Origin: Nitrososphaerota archaeon
GTDB taxonomy: Archaea > Thermoproteota > Nitrososphaeria > Nitrososphaerales > UBA57
Assembly (NCBI GenBank): GCA_024860875.1
Contig: JACPSZ010000013.1
Coordinates: 7,166 to 71,165 of the forward strand
Direction of reading: 5' to 3'
DNA: 64,000 bases
This document shows positions 26,276-35,084 of the stretch, in pieces. Both the position numbers and the translations under genes were made by a program. The notes under the pieces are model-generated. The model made no database searches. It saw only the letters and a program-made list of their open reading frames with translations, and was not told the origin of the DNA. Position 1 is the stretch's first letter. The number at the start of each line of letters is the position of its first letter.

Positions 26276-28537
26276 CTATGCTTTCTTTCTTCTGCTGAAT
26301 AGTACTCCAGATATGACCACTAGCACTACTCCTATGCCAATTGCAGCGTACGATATTGGGCTGATCGTTTCTACTGTTACTTCTTTGACTACTTCTTTAG
26401 GAACTTCCTTTATGACTTCTTTAACAACTTCTTTGACTACTTCTTTGGGTACTTCTTTGATCACTTCCTTCGTCACGATCTGAGGCTGTGGGAGGTTATC
26501 GGGCAAGCCTAATGCCACTAGCGTGCCATCAATGGCCAGGTTATTCGCGAAGTAGCTACCTCCACCACCACCGACGTGCAGGAAGACTCGCATCTTCCCA
26601 TCCTTCGTGGCCCCAACAGTAGGCTGTACATTGACTGGTATGCCAAAGAACCTCTCGGTGAGCAGCTTTCCTGTATCTCTATCAAGGAATTTGAGGTTTC
26701 CGGAACTATCATATACGAGGACCATCCCGCCTGTGACTGTAAGGGCTCCTCTGAAACCTTGCTTGTCAATTCTGTACGTCCAAGCAGCCTTTCCCGTATT
26801 AACATCGATTGCGTATATGTTCGTGTTCGTTTTCTCGTCGTAATTAGTTTGACCTGCAGCAACCGCTAGTCGTTCTCCTGCATTATTGTTGCCAAAGGCC
26901 CTAACGTTTTGGATACGATTTATTCTTGGCTCATTGAACGAGGCCATGTAGACGTACTTTCCATCGTAAGCTATGTCAGCTTCTAGGCAGGAGGTAAAGC
27001 AGCTCCCTACGAAACCTGTATCTTTGCTTGGGTAATTTGGCCATGGCTTACCCATGTCTTCCTTTGTCAACCTGCAGCAAGCATCCTTTCCTTTTGGATC
27101 GTTCTTCGTGTCGACGCCATAATTGGTCCCCGTGTTCCTTACGACAGTAGGGGGATCGTAAACCCAGAAAGGCTTCCCCGTAGCAGCATCAAGTGCGAAT
27201 AATACGCCAGCCTTGCAGCCCTTAATGAACGCCTTCTTTCCTTGTACTTGTCCTAGTATGCCTCCCCATGAGCAGTCATAGTCCCATAGGTCACGAGTGA
27301 CAGCATCGAACCACCATACCATCTTGCCCGTTCTTACGTCGAACGCTGTGAATCCACTCCCATGCACTGCAGGCCCGTATCTATGCGTTAAGTTTGAGTA
27401 TGGCCCTTCGTCACCCCAGCCCATATAGACTATGCCAGTTTCGGGATCGAGCGGATAGTGCCCCCACACAGGCGAGATAGCGCTTGCAGTATGTATCTTC
27501 CCGAACGTCTTCGAGCTGGGTACCAGATCCATCCAGTCGTTCTTTACAACATCATCTGCTACATCAGTGCATTTTGTGGCTAGGTATGTTGGTTCTCTGT
27601 CCCTCGCTGGATGGTTTATTCCTTCCAAGTATCGAGGAAATTCAAAGTACCAGCCATTACCATTAACCTTTTTGCATTGATCAATCGCCCAGTTAGGATC
27701 TCCTTGAGCTGGAGGGAATATGAATTCCCTGTAAAGTCTCTGTGGACTTTGTGGGTTGCTCATGTCGAAGGCAGTTACAAACGCCCTGCCACCGCTTCCA
27801 CTTGCCCCTGCGATGGGATAGAACATTATGTTACCAAGGAATGCTGGAGGATGGGTAGGCCCACCGGTCATGAATCCTTTATTGCCTAGTGTTCCTACTA
27901 CTCCCTTTGCTGGGTCACCGAATTCCGCGTTGGTGCCGCACATCTGCTCGGTGTGAAGTTCCCAAGCGGTTTTTCCGGTCTTCGCGTCAACCGCGTAGCT
28001 TTCGCAGCCGCCAAGCGTACTCGTTATGAGCCAGTTGAACTGCCTGTAGTAGCTCATGGCATGTCCATGGGTACCTGCTCCAGAAATCCATGGATAGGTA
28101 GCCAGTTGTTTGGCTCTATCAAACTGGTTTCCATAGGAGTTATTCCACAGAAACCTCCCTGTTGACGCATCGAATGCAAGTACCCTCCTATCGTTCATTA
28201 ATACATAGACCGTGCCGTCAACAACGAGAGGTGCTGCCATAGATCCGTAAGCATTTCCTATTTTGCCCGCGGGCGTGGGCCTTTGGTACGGATAGACCCA
28301 CTTCGTTTCGAGATATTGTACATTATCTTTGTTAATTTGGTTCTGAGGGCTATAACTACCGCCTGTAGGGCCGTAATTTACCATCTCCCAGTTACCAGTT
28401 GCTACAGTTGGCACTGCTCCTCCAACCGGAGGTCCTCCAGGATCGAATGCGCTTACGCGAGGAACTAGTGCTGCCATTAGCGATGAAGCCAATAGCACTG
28501 CCGCCACAACCAGACTCAATACTATATGTCTAGTCAT
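26276..28537 (-). CDS. PQQ-dependent dehydrogenase (quinoprotein alcohol/sugar dehydrogenase-like) with signal peptide, (KEVx)n stalk and C-terminal TM anchor
   Basis: Signal peptide MTRHIVLSLVVAAVLLASS. GNWEMVNYGPTGGSYSPQNQINKDNVQYLETKW quinoprotein N-terminal motif and propeller blades. C-terminus KEVIKEVPKEVVKEVVKEVIKEVPKEVVKEV plus a hydrophobic helix plus RRKKA. Confidence 0.8.
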   Translation of the reverse strand: MTRHIVLSLVVAAVLLASSLMAALVPRVSAFDPGGPPVGGAVPTVATGNWEMVNYGPTGGSYSPQNQINKDNVQYLETKWVYPYQRPTPAGKIGNAYGSMAAPLVVDGTVYVLMNDRRVLAFDASTGRFLWNNSYGNQFDRAKQLATYPWISGAGTHGHAMSYYRQFNWLITSTLGGCESYAVDAKTGKTAWELHTEQMCGTNAEFGDPAKGVVGTLGNKGFMTGGPTHPPAFLGNIMFYPIAGASGSGGRAFVTAFDMSNPQSPQRLYREFIFPPAQGDPNWAIDQCKKVNGNGWYFEFPRYLEGINHPARDREPTYLATKCTDVADDVVKNDWMDLVPSSKTFGKIHTASAISPVWGHYPLDPETGIVYMGWGDEGPYSNLTHRYGPAVHGSGFTAFDVRTGKMVWWFDAVTRDLWDYDCSWGGILGQVQGKKAFIKGCKAGVLFALDAATGKPFWVYDPPTVVRNTGTNYGVDTKNDPKGKDACCRLTKEDMGKPWPNYPSKDTGFVGSCFTSCLEADIAYDGKYVYMASFNEPRINRIQNVRAFGNNNAGERLAVAAGQTNYDEKTNTNIYAIDVNTGKAAWTYRIDKQGFRGALTVTGGMVLVYDSSGNLKFLDRDTGKLLTERFFGIPVNVQPTVGATKDGKMRVFLHVGGGGGSYFANNLAIDGTLVALGLPDNLPQPQIVTKEVIKEVPKEVVKEVVKEVIKEVPKEVVKEVTVETISPISYAAIGIGVVLVVISGVLFSRRKKA
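26375..26478 (-). repeat. 12-nt-period coding tandem repeat (KEV[IPV] tetrapeptide stalk)
   Basis: Repeated acttctttgac/acttctttagg units, read directly. Confidence 0.8.
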
Positions 28538-28628
28538 TGGGTAGCCGAATGTCTGAGGAATCGGATAAGGGTTTATCCTGACATGTTCGGGACTTCACAA
28601 AAGGCCTTACCTTAATATTTGGGCCAAT

Positions 28629-29523
28629 GAACTCATCTGGAAACTCACCTTAGCAGTATCACGACACATCCTAGCTGAACGAATCCAAGGTACGTTGATG
28701 GTAGCCTCTCGTACCTGATTATGATTCTCCTGAAGGCCTTCATCCAACCATAGAATCTCTCTATCATCGACCTGACCTTGTTGTACAGGGTTTTGTTGAA
28801 GAGCCTCGGTCTCCCCGGCCTTCTCTTCTTCGTCGATACTTCTGGCATCTGAGATTTGATGTGCTTCCCGTCAAGGTAGAAGATGTTCAGGGGCATGTTG
28901 TACTTCGTGTCAGCGTAGAGAATCTTAGGCCGTCTCCTAGGCCTTCCATCTGCTCCTTTGATGCTGATGGACTCCATGACCGGAATGAATTTCCTCCCTT
29001 CATGCTCCCTTCCTGATCCTATTGTGACAGTCACTGGAAGAGACTCTTTCGTGACTACGGAATGAATCTTTGTTCCCTTGATCCGCTTGTGACCGTCAAA
29101 GCCTACCATCTCTCCCCCTTTTTGGCCGGCACGGTGGAGCTGTCTATCGAGAGGGAATCGACCTTCACCTTTCCTCCCGAGTACCCCTTCGCTACCAGTG
29201 CATCCAGGACCTTCTTCCACGCGCCCTTCTCGCTCCACTTCTTGTGCCTCTCCCACACAGACTTGTGTGAGCCATGCCTCTCAGGCATGTCCATCCACCT
29301 GCATCCGGTGATGAGAACATACAGGATGCCGTTGACTGTCTTTCTATCGTCATTCCTTGGCCTTCCTGTACGAGCTGGAGGAGGGAGATGGGGCTCTATG
29401 AGCTTCCACTGCTCATCCGTCAACTCACTCAACTTCACACAGACAGATAGGAAGGCGTATCGTGAAAGAGAAGAAAGTTAAGCCCACTAGACTCCTATGT
29501 CAATAGAGTTTCCAGATGAGTTC
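28629..29523 (-). mobile_element. IS5-family (IS427/IS1031-like) insertion sequence, 895 bp, perfect 18-bp terminal inverted repeats, flanked by AAT/AAT
   Basis: GAACTCATCTGGAAACTC at 28629-28646 is the exact reverse complement of 29506-29523. The AAT at 28626-28628 is repeated at 29524-29526 (putative 3-bp target duplication). Confidence 0.85.
28645..29438 (-). CDS. IS5-family DDE transposase, orfA/orfB joined by a probable -1 frameshift
   Basis: orfA (29103-29438) reads LTDEQWKLIEPHLPP...GCRWMDMP. orfB (28645-29256) reads GGEMVGFDGHKRIKGTKIH...IERFYGWMKAFRRIIIRYE. The frames overlap at the CCAAAAAGGGGG run (plus-strand 29114-29125). Confidence 0.8.
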
Positions 29524-29614
29524 AATAGCACCCTGATCTTTAATGCTCTAAGCAATCACAAGATGTACTTTTAGGGAGGCTGGGAGTGTTTCATGACTCA
29601 ACAGATTACTTTTG

Positions 29615-29704
29615 CGTAGCAGGATCTCCCTGCTCACCATGCTCCTTGCCTCCTAGATTTTTGTACAAACGGTTTATTTTTGGATTTAGCCGAACTTGTA
29701 CGGG
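29615..29704 (+). repeat. direct repeat copy B (same 30-nt core and motif A at 29690-29703)
   Basis: Aligned by eye with 25955-26046. Confidence 0.75.
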
Positions 29705-29867
29705 CATGAAACTAGGTTTCTTCATTAGAGAGCATCGTACCCCAACCTACGCTACTAGTCCCGAACATATTCGGCGAATCTCTAAAGTGCCTGATGGCAG
29801 TAACCAACTATGTGAAACCTTGACTGTAAGAGAACTCCGTGCTGGAAAGCCTCATAGATCCGAGGGC

Positions 29868-30734
29868 ATGAAGGCTGGCACCTTCGGGCCTGACCTGAAG
29901 GAGGTAATGACTCGGAGGTTGATAACTGCGGCGGAATCAGAGAGCCTGCTTCATGCTCAGAAGCTCATGATCAGAAACAATATCACAAGACTGGTTATTG
30001 TTAATAGAGAAAATAATCCAGCAGGTATCCTAACACATAGGGACATGGTAAGAGCTCTTGTCGAAAACCCAGCGGGAACTCCATTGGACCAAATTCCTAT
30101 AGGTTATGCAATGACGAAACACCCGATAATCTTGGATACTTCAGCAAGCCTCAAAGATGCTTGCCGGCTTATGATTTCAAAGGGCATAGGTTCGATAATA
30201 GTCGTTGATGATGCAGGAAAAGCTGCGGGTATAGCTACAAAAACCGATGTATGTAGGTACTTATCTGGCTTCTCCGAAACGAACATTGAGGTAAGAACAT
30301 ACATGTCTGGCAAACCAGTAACTATAGGGCCCAACCACTCCATATTCACGGTTGCAAACATTTTGTCCACATCGGGGTTTACAAGATTGGTGGTAATAGA
30401 CGAAGAGAACAGACCCATCGGGATAGTTACGCTTTCGGATATCGTATCGGTCAGTGCTACGTTAGCACCAACTAGCAGGCTAATGAGTAAGTCTATGGTA
30501 GTTAAGGGATCGTTGATTACTTCTAGGATGCTTCCGATTCTCTTGGTTCGGAACGTGATGACCTATGAACCTATTGTAGTAAATGAATGGGAGGATATTG
30601 CGGATGTGGCAAAGCTGATGATAAGGCATGGCATAAGCGGGCTACCCGTTGTGAATGGGCAAGGGAAACTTGCAGGAATAATAACCAAGAGTGATCTTGT
30701 AAGAGTGGCATCAGAGATCAAATGGGAGTCTTAG
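29868..30734 (+). CDS. four-CBS-domain protein
   Basis: Repeated CBS units (EVMTRRLITA.., AMTKHPIILD.., TYMSGKPVTIG.., NVMTYEPIVVN..). The ATG at 29868 is preferred to the track start at 29586, whose first 94 aa cover the repeat element. Confidence 0.75.
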   Translation: MKAGTFGPDLKEVMTRRLITAAESESLLHAQKLMIRNNITRLVIVNRENNPAGILTHRDMVRALVENPAGTPLDQIPIGYAMTKHPIILDTSASLKDACRLMISKGIGSIIVVDDAGKAAGIATKTDVCRYLSGFSETNIEVRTYMSGKPVTIGPNHSIFTVANILSTSGFTRLVVIDEENRPIGIVTLSDIVSVSATLAPTSRLMSKSMVVKGSLITSRMLPILLVRNVMTYEPIVVNEWEDIADVAKLMIRHGISGLPVVNGQGKLAGIITKSDLVRVASEIKWES

Positions 30735-30975
30735 CATATCTGTCTGAGCTTCTCATCGTAGAGCATAATGCTTCTATTGGTTCGGGAGACCTACCAGAGA
30801 TGACCATTATGGACATCTATTCAGTAAATGGAGGGGACTGGTTGAAGGAGGTTACAAACAGCGATGATTTGGCCATTCAGAGACTTTCGCGGAGGTAACT
30901 AGACCTTAGTTGCAAAGAACTATTTTACTTCTGGGGCCGCTCACTGCGGACGAGTTTGCTATGCCGGACCTACAG

Positions 30976-31078
30976 CAAATGTAACTGTAGCAGTCGTGAT
31001 TCTACCTGCATTGTTAGTCGCAGAAATCGATATTTTATGAAATCCAATTTGCGTTACTGGTGATGTCAAAGGTAAACG
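30976..31078 (-). repeat. duplicated 3'-end fragment of gene 31320-31817
   Basis: Own translation LPLTSPVTQIGFHKISISATNNAGRITTATVTFAV, versus LPLTSPITQTGFHRMSISVTDDAGRIATTTVTFGV. Confidence 0.65.
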
Positions 31079-31319
31079 TAGATCTATCCTAACCAGCCTT
31101 CGACAGAGCCCACACCATTACTACCGCGAAGGTTATCATCAGCATATTCAAGATTGTGAAAATGATACCCTCTTCACTTATGAAAAGGCTTTTTATCCTG
31201 CCACCAATTGTTTTCTGGTCGCTCATCTTGACATCATTTTCGTGCTGACGCTAGGTGTCTGGAAAGCTTCTTGCTAAGCCATTTACGATTCTCATTGTTG
31301 CTCTCTTCTTCCTCCATAA

Positions 31320-31817
31320 CTAGACCTGCGGTCTCTGTGCCGGTGCTACGCCAAATGTAACTGTAGTAGTCGCAATTCTTCCAGCATCGTCAGTCACAGA
31401 AATTGACATTCTATGAAATCCAGTCTGCGTTATCGGCGATGTCAACGGTAGACTCCACTTCCCTGCCGTTTGTACCAATGATATACGACTTCCATCATCA
31501 ATACTGATAATTACGCTGGCCACTCCACTCTTATCTGAACCTTTATCTACATTTACGACAATGCCCTTAACGGTTGAATACGACGCTCCATTGGTTGGAA
31601 AAGTTGCAAGGATCTGTGGAGCAGTTTGTTGTGCAGGAGTCTCTGTACCTACAGTTTCCGGAGGAGCCTTAACATTATTTTTCTGCTCTGTAGTAGGTTG
31701 CTGAATAACGCTAAATTGGGTCATCGTGTAGGCATAAGCGCCAATGAATATCAGGCTGGCCATTACTAGAGCTATGAGTAATATTCTTCTAGTCTCCCTC
31801 TTTTCTACTACTTGCAA
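31320..31817 (-). CDS. membrane-anchored extracellular protein with Ig-like C-terminal domain
   Basis: N-terminal TM helix, Thr/Pro/Gln linker, beta-rich C-terminal domain. Confidence 0.5.
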   Translation of the reverse strand: MQVVEKRETRRILLIALVMASLIFIGAYAYTMTQFSVIQQPTTEQKNNVKAPPETVGTETPAQQTAPQILATFPTNGASYSTVKGIVVNVDKGSDKSGVASVIISIDDGSRISLVQTAGKWSLPLTSPITQTGFHRMSISVTDDAGRIATTTVTFGVAPAQRPQV

Positions 31818-31869
31818 TTCTTATCATCCCAACTTGTATAAAGTGCGACTCATTCATATTTGGCTTTAG

Positions 31870-31883
31870 CCAAACAGGTACGG
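31870..31883. promoter_or_regulatory. degenerate motif A copy CCAAAC-AG-GTACGG, preceded by TTTGGCTTTAG
   Basis: Read directly. Compare TTTGGATTTAGCCGAACTTGTACGGG in repeats A and B. Confidence 0.3.
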
Positions 31884-31976
31884 GGTTTGATACGAAGCCT
31901 CTACAACATGGAGCACTATGCTCCAATTGGCTTGGGAGTTACTGGAGATGGTTTTAAAGCTTTCGCCGGTCAGCGA

Positions 31977-32654
31977 TTATCCAATAACAGTAATTGATCC
32001 TGTTTGGAACGGATGTGGTTTGCAGTGGTACTCGTATATCCCAATCTCATCAAACATTCTGCTCCAAGATTTCTGAGCAAAAATGTCTCCTGAATCCCAA
32101 ACACCTCTATCCGATGTAGATGTATGAATAATACTGTCCAAATTTGACCAAGTAATCACCGTCCCTTTTTTCACGGTTACGTTCTTAGGTGTAAATTGGA
32201 TGTTTCCTATTTCGATGACTACTTTGCCCGCACCTATGATATTTACGGTGCCATTAATAGTGTGGAAAAATGTTGGGGTTACTATCTTAAAGGTAATGTT
32301 ACGGTTGCCTGGTTTTGCATCCTTTAGCGCCTTTAACGTAGCATCGACAACAACTTCGCCATCCTTTGGAACTTTCGCTATGGAGGGCGTGACCTCAAAC
32401 CGCACACCTGAAACAGGATAGTTTAGTCCAAACCTAACGTCCGCATCAAATCCACCAAGTGACTGTATTCGTATCTTAAAGGTTCCCGATTCTCCAGGTG
32501 ACAAGACATGATTAGTCTCTGTAGAAGTAGCATGAAAGTCCCCCACTGGCAGAGAGTTGACAGGCACTGACTGTTGGCTTGTTGCAAGTGTAAAGATTAT
32601 AGCTCCAGCAGTGATAACAAACCCTACGATACCCACGAGCATTAGTCTTTGCAA
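31977..32654 (-). CDS. membrane-anchored plastocyanin-like cupredoxin with Gln at the axial-ligand position
   Basis: C-terminal domain FTPKNVTVKKGTVITWSNLDSIIHTSTS...YEYHCKPHPFQTG. Pattern is His...Cys-x2-His-x2-Gln, where paralogues in this window have Met. Confidence 0.65.
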   Translation of the reverse strand: MQRLMLVGIVGFVITAGAIIFTLATSQQSVPVNSLPVGDFHATSTETNHVLSPGESGTFKIRIQSLGGFDADVRFGLNYPVSGVRFEVTPSIAKVPKDGEVVVDATLKALKDAKPGNRNITFKIVTPTFFHTINGTVNIIGAGKVVIEIGNIQFTPKNVTVKKGTVITWSNLDSIIHTSTSDRGVWDSGDIFAQKSWSRMFDEIGIYEYHCKPHPFQTGSITVIG

Positions 32655-32765
32655 TATACTTCACCAGAAAGGGCGACTAAGGCTTCTGAAATTTCATCGT
32701 CAATTATCATAAGCTTGTACTCCTATAGCTAATCAGTATGAATGAATGGCGGGATTAGAATTACA

Positions 32766-32779
32766 CCTAACCTGTGCGG
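32766..32779. promoter_or_regulatory. degenerate motif A copy CCTAAC-CT-GTGCGG upstream of the Fe-S/NrfD operon
   Basis: Read directly, 54 nt upstream of the TTG start at 32833. Confidence 0.3.
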
Positions 32780-32832
32780 GATTATTCTTAACCAACGGTT
32801 ATTTTCTGTAGTCAGCGGAGGATAGATAGAGA

Positions 32833-33717
32833 TTGTCTAAAGGCCCTTCAAGAAGGAACTTCATTAAAGCTTCGGCAATTGCTGGAGCCACTCTTTTGCT
32901 GGGTGGCATGGCAGGATTTCCGGGAGCAGCTTCTCAGGGCCACCCTCATAGCGGGAGTACAGGTAGGTCGAAGAAAAAGTGGGTTATGGTAATAGACACG
33001 GAGCGGTGTGATGGCTGTCGCATGTGCACGGAAGCTTGTATCGAGGAGCATGTGGTGCCTTCAGGATGGGGGGAACCGAGTTTTCAGGGTGTCAGACAGA
33101 CTACGAAGACAGCAGTGCTCCAAAAGCCGGAACACATAGGTAGGCAGGAGTGGATTAAGGTCTATAATATGGGAGAGGATCTAGGGCCCCCGGGCGACAA
33201 GGGGAACTTCCTCCCATTACCTTGCATGCAGTGCGTTAATGCACCTTGTGTAAAGGTCTGTCCAGTCAATGCCACATATCACAATGAAGATGGTCTTGTG
33301 CTAATAGATAACAACAGATGCATCGGTTGCCGCTATTGCATGACCGCCTGCCCGTACGAAAGAAGATTCTTCAACTGGGGTGACCCCTCTCAATCTTATA
33401 CTCAGGAAGAAAAGGCGAAAACTGTCTTTGCTGAGTCCAGTCCTGAATTCCCTGTCGAACACAAAAAAGGGACTGTGGAGAAGTGCATGTTCTGCGCTCA
33501 CAGGGTCAAGTTCGGTAAGCTTCCAGCATGTGTAGAGGCCTGCACAAAGGCAGGAATGAAGGCCCTCTTTTTTGGAAATAGAAATGAAGATGTCGTGAGT
33601 AATGGTGCAGAAATCTTGAAACTCTCTGATTTGTTGAAGAGCAGAGGCGCATACAGATTACAGGAGGACCTAGGAACCGATCCCAATGTCTACTATCTGC
33701 CTCCAAGGGGGAAGTGA
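32833..33717 (+). CDS. Tat-exported 4x[4Fe-4S] ferredoxin-type subunit (NrfC/PsrB/HybA/ActB-like)
   Basis: SRRNFIKASAIAGA twin-arginine signal. Four Cys groups: CDGCRMCTEAC, CMQCVNAPCVKVCP, CIGCRYCMTACP, CMFCAHRV...CVEAC. Confidence 0.85.
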   Translation: MSKGPSRRNFIKASAIAGATLLLGGMAGFPGAASQGHPHSGSTGRSKKKWVMVIDTERCDGCRMCTEACIEEHVVPSGWGEPSFQGVRQTTKTAVLQKPEHIGRQEWIKVYNMGEDLGPPGDKGNFLPLPCMQCVNAPCVKVCPVNATYHNEDGLVLIDNNRCIGCRYCMTACPYERRFFNWGDPSQSYTQEEKAKTVFAESSPEFPVEHKKGTVEKCMFCAHRVKFGKLPACVEACTKAGMKALFFGNRNEDVVSNGAEILKLSDLLKSRGAYRLQEDLGTDPNVYYLPPRGK

Positions 33718-35084
33718 TCGAATTGAAGAAAGGTACCATACCCGTTGAGGAAAAGGCGATCGTTAATCCGCTTCAGACTACAGGAATGAAGTATTACGTT
33801 GTGATTGGCCTGCTCGCCTCAGTAGTGGGCATAGGTTTGTTTGCATACATAACACAACTTACACAGGGACTCGAGGTCACAGGTATGAGGAACAGGGTCA
33901 TGTGGGGGATCTACGTGACGAACTTCGTCTACTTTATCGCTATCAGCATGGCCGGAACGCTGATCTCAGCAATTCTAAGGTTGACAAACGCCGGATGGCG
34001 TAAGCCAATTACGCGGATTGCTGAGAGCATAACAGTAGTCTCTCTAATTTTCGCAGGATCCTCAATCGTTTTCGACCTAGGTAGACCAGACCGTATGGGT
34101 CATATGTTACTCTTTGGCAGACTTGACTCGCCTCTTATTTGGGACCTGTTCAGCCTTACGAGTTACCTTATAGGGAGTATACTCTATCTCTACCTGCCCC
34201 TTATTCCTGACATCGCATATTTGAGAGACAGCTCCACAGGCATATCTGGTATCAAGCAGTGGCTCTACAAGAGACTTTCGCTAGGATGGACTGGTAGTGA
34301 AGAGCAGAAGAAGAAGCTTGAAAGAGCCATAAAAGTAATGTCAGTCCTGATAATCCCGGTTGCTGTCTCGATACACAGCGTAACTGCGTGGATATTCGGG
34401 GTGACACTTAAAGTGGGGTGGCATAGTACCATCTTCGCTCCTTATTTTGTCTCTGGTGCTGTCTTCTCTGGCATAGCTACCATTATCTTAGTTGCAGCAA
34501 TCTTCCGAAAGGCGTACGGACTGGAGTCTTTCCTGACTTTAAGGCATTTCAAGAACCTTGCGTATTTGATGATGGCTGGGAACCTTATCTACGTCTATTT
34601 CTTGGTCAGCGAATTTCTAACGATGTATTATGGAGGGGAACCACATGACCTAATGCTTCTTAACGCCTTCTTTACGGGCGAGTACGCTATCCAATTCTGG
34701 ACCTTTGCGATAGCTGCTCTTGTCCTTCCTCTCATTATACTGGCAGTTCCAAGTGGCAGAACTATACTTGGCATCGTCATTGCAGCAGTCTTGGCTAACA
34801 TAGGCATGTGGTTTGCTAGGTATATCATAGTAATACCCAGTTTGTCCCATCCCTTCCTAACCGAGGGTTGGAACCCATACACACCGACTTGGGTTGAAAT
34901 ATCGATAACCGGCCTCTCGTTTGCAGGGTTTGCCCTAGTGCTTGCGATCTTCGCTAAGCTATTTCCAATAATTTCGATGTGGGAAATTCGAGGGGAACAA
35001 GAGGGAATCGCTAGTCAAGAAAGCCAACATTCTATCGGTCCAGTCGGAGAAATTGCACGGGATGGTGGAGAGCGAGCGACATGA
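33714..35084 (+). CDS. NrfD/PsrC/ActC-like polytopic quinone-interacting membrane subunit
   Basis: 456 aa, about 10 TM helices, with the typical N-terminal pattern (YYVVIGLL...GLEVTGMRNRVMWGIYVTNFVYFIAISMAGTLISA). GTGA overlap with the Fe-S gene. Confidence 0.8.
   Translation: MIELKKGTIPVEEKAIVNPLQTTGMKYYVVIGLLASVVGIGLFAYITQLTQGLEVTGMRNRVMWGIYVTNFVYFIAISMAGTLISAILRLTNAGWRKPITRIAESITVVSLIFAGSSIVFDLGRPDRMGHMLLFGRLDSPLIWDLFSLTSYLIGSILYLYLPLIPDIAYLRDSSTGISGIKQWLYKRLSLGWTGSEEQKKKLERAIKVMSVLIIPVAVSIHSVTAWIFGVTLKVGWHSTIFAPYFVSGAVFSGIATIILVAAIFRKAYGLESFLTLRHFKNLAYLMMAGNLIYVYFLVSEFLTMYYGGEPHDLMLLNAFFTGEYAIQFWTFAIAALVLPLIILAVPSGRTILGIVIAAVLANIGMWFARYIIVIPSLSHPFLTEGWNPYTPTWVEISITGLSFAGFALVLAIFAKLFPIISMWEIRGEQEGIASQESQHSIGPVGEIARDGGERAT

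Noticed and set aside
26375-26478. Possible CRISPR-like or regulatory tandem repeat
   Set aside because: The period is 12 nt with no spacers, and it lies inside the PQQ dehydrogenase reading frame, where it encodes KEVx. The same reasoning applies to 35558-35857 and 37444-37730. No CRISPR array is present in the window.
29586-29867. Long N-terminal extension of the CBS protein (track start 29586)
   Set aside because: The extension is Cys/Pro/Phe-rich and covers the conserved non-coding repeat B and motif A. CBS homology begins after the ATG at 29868.
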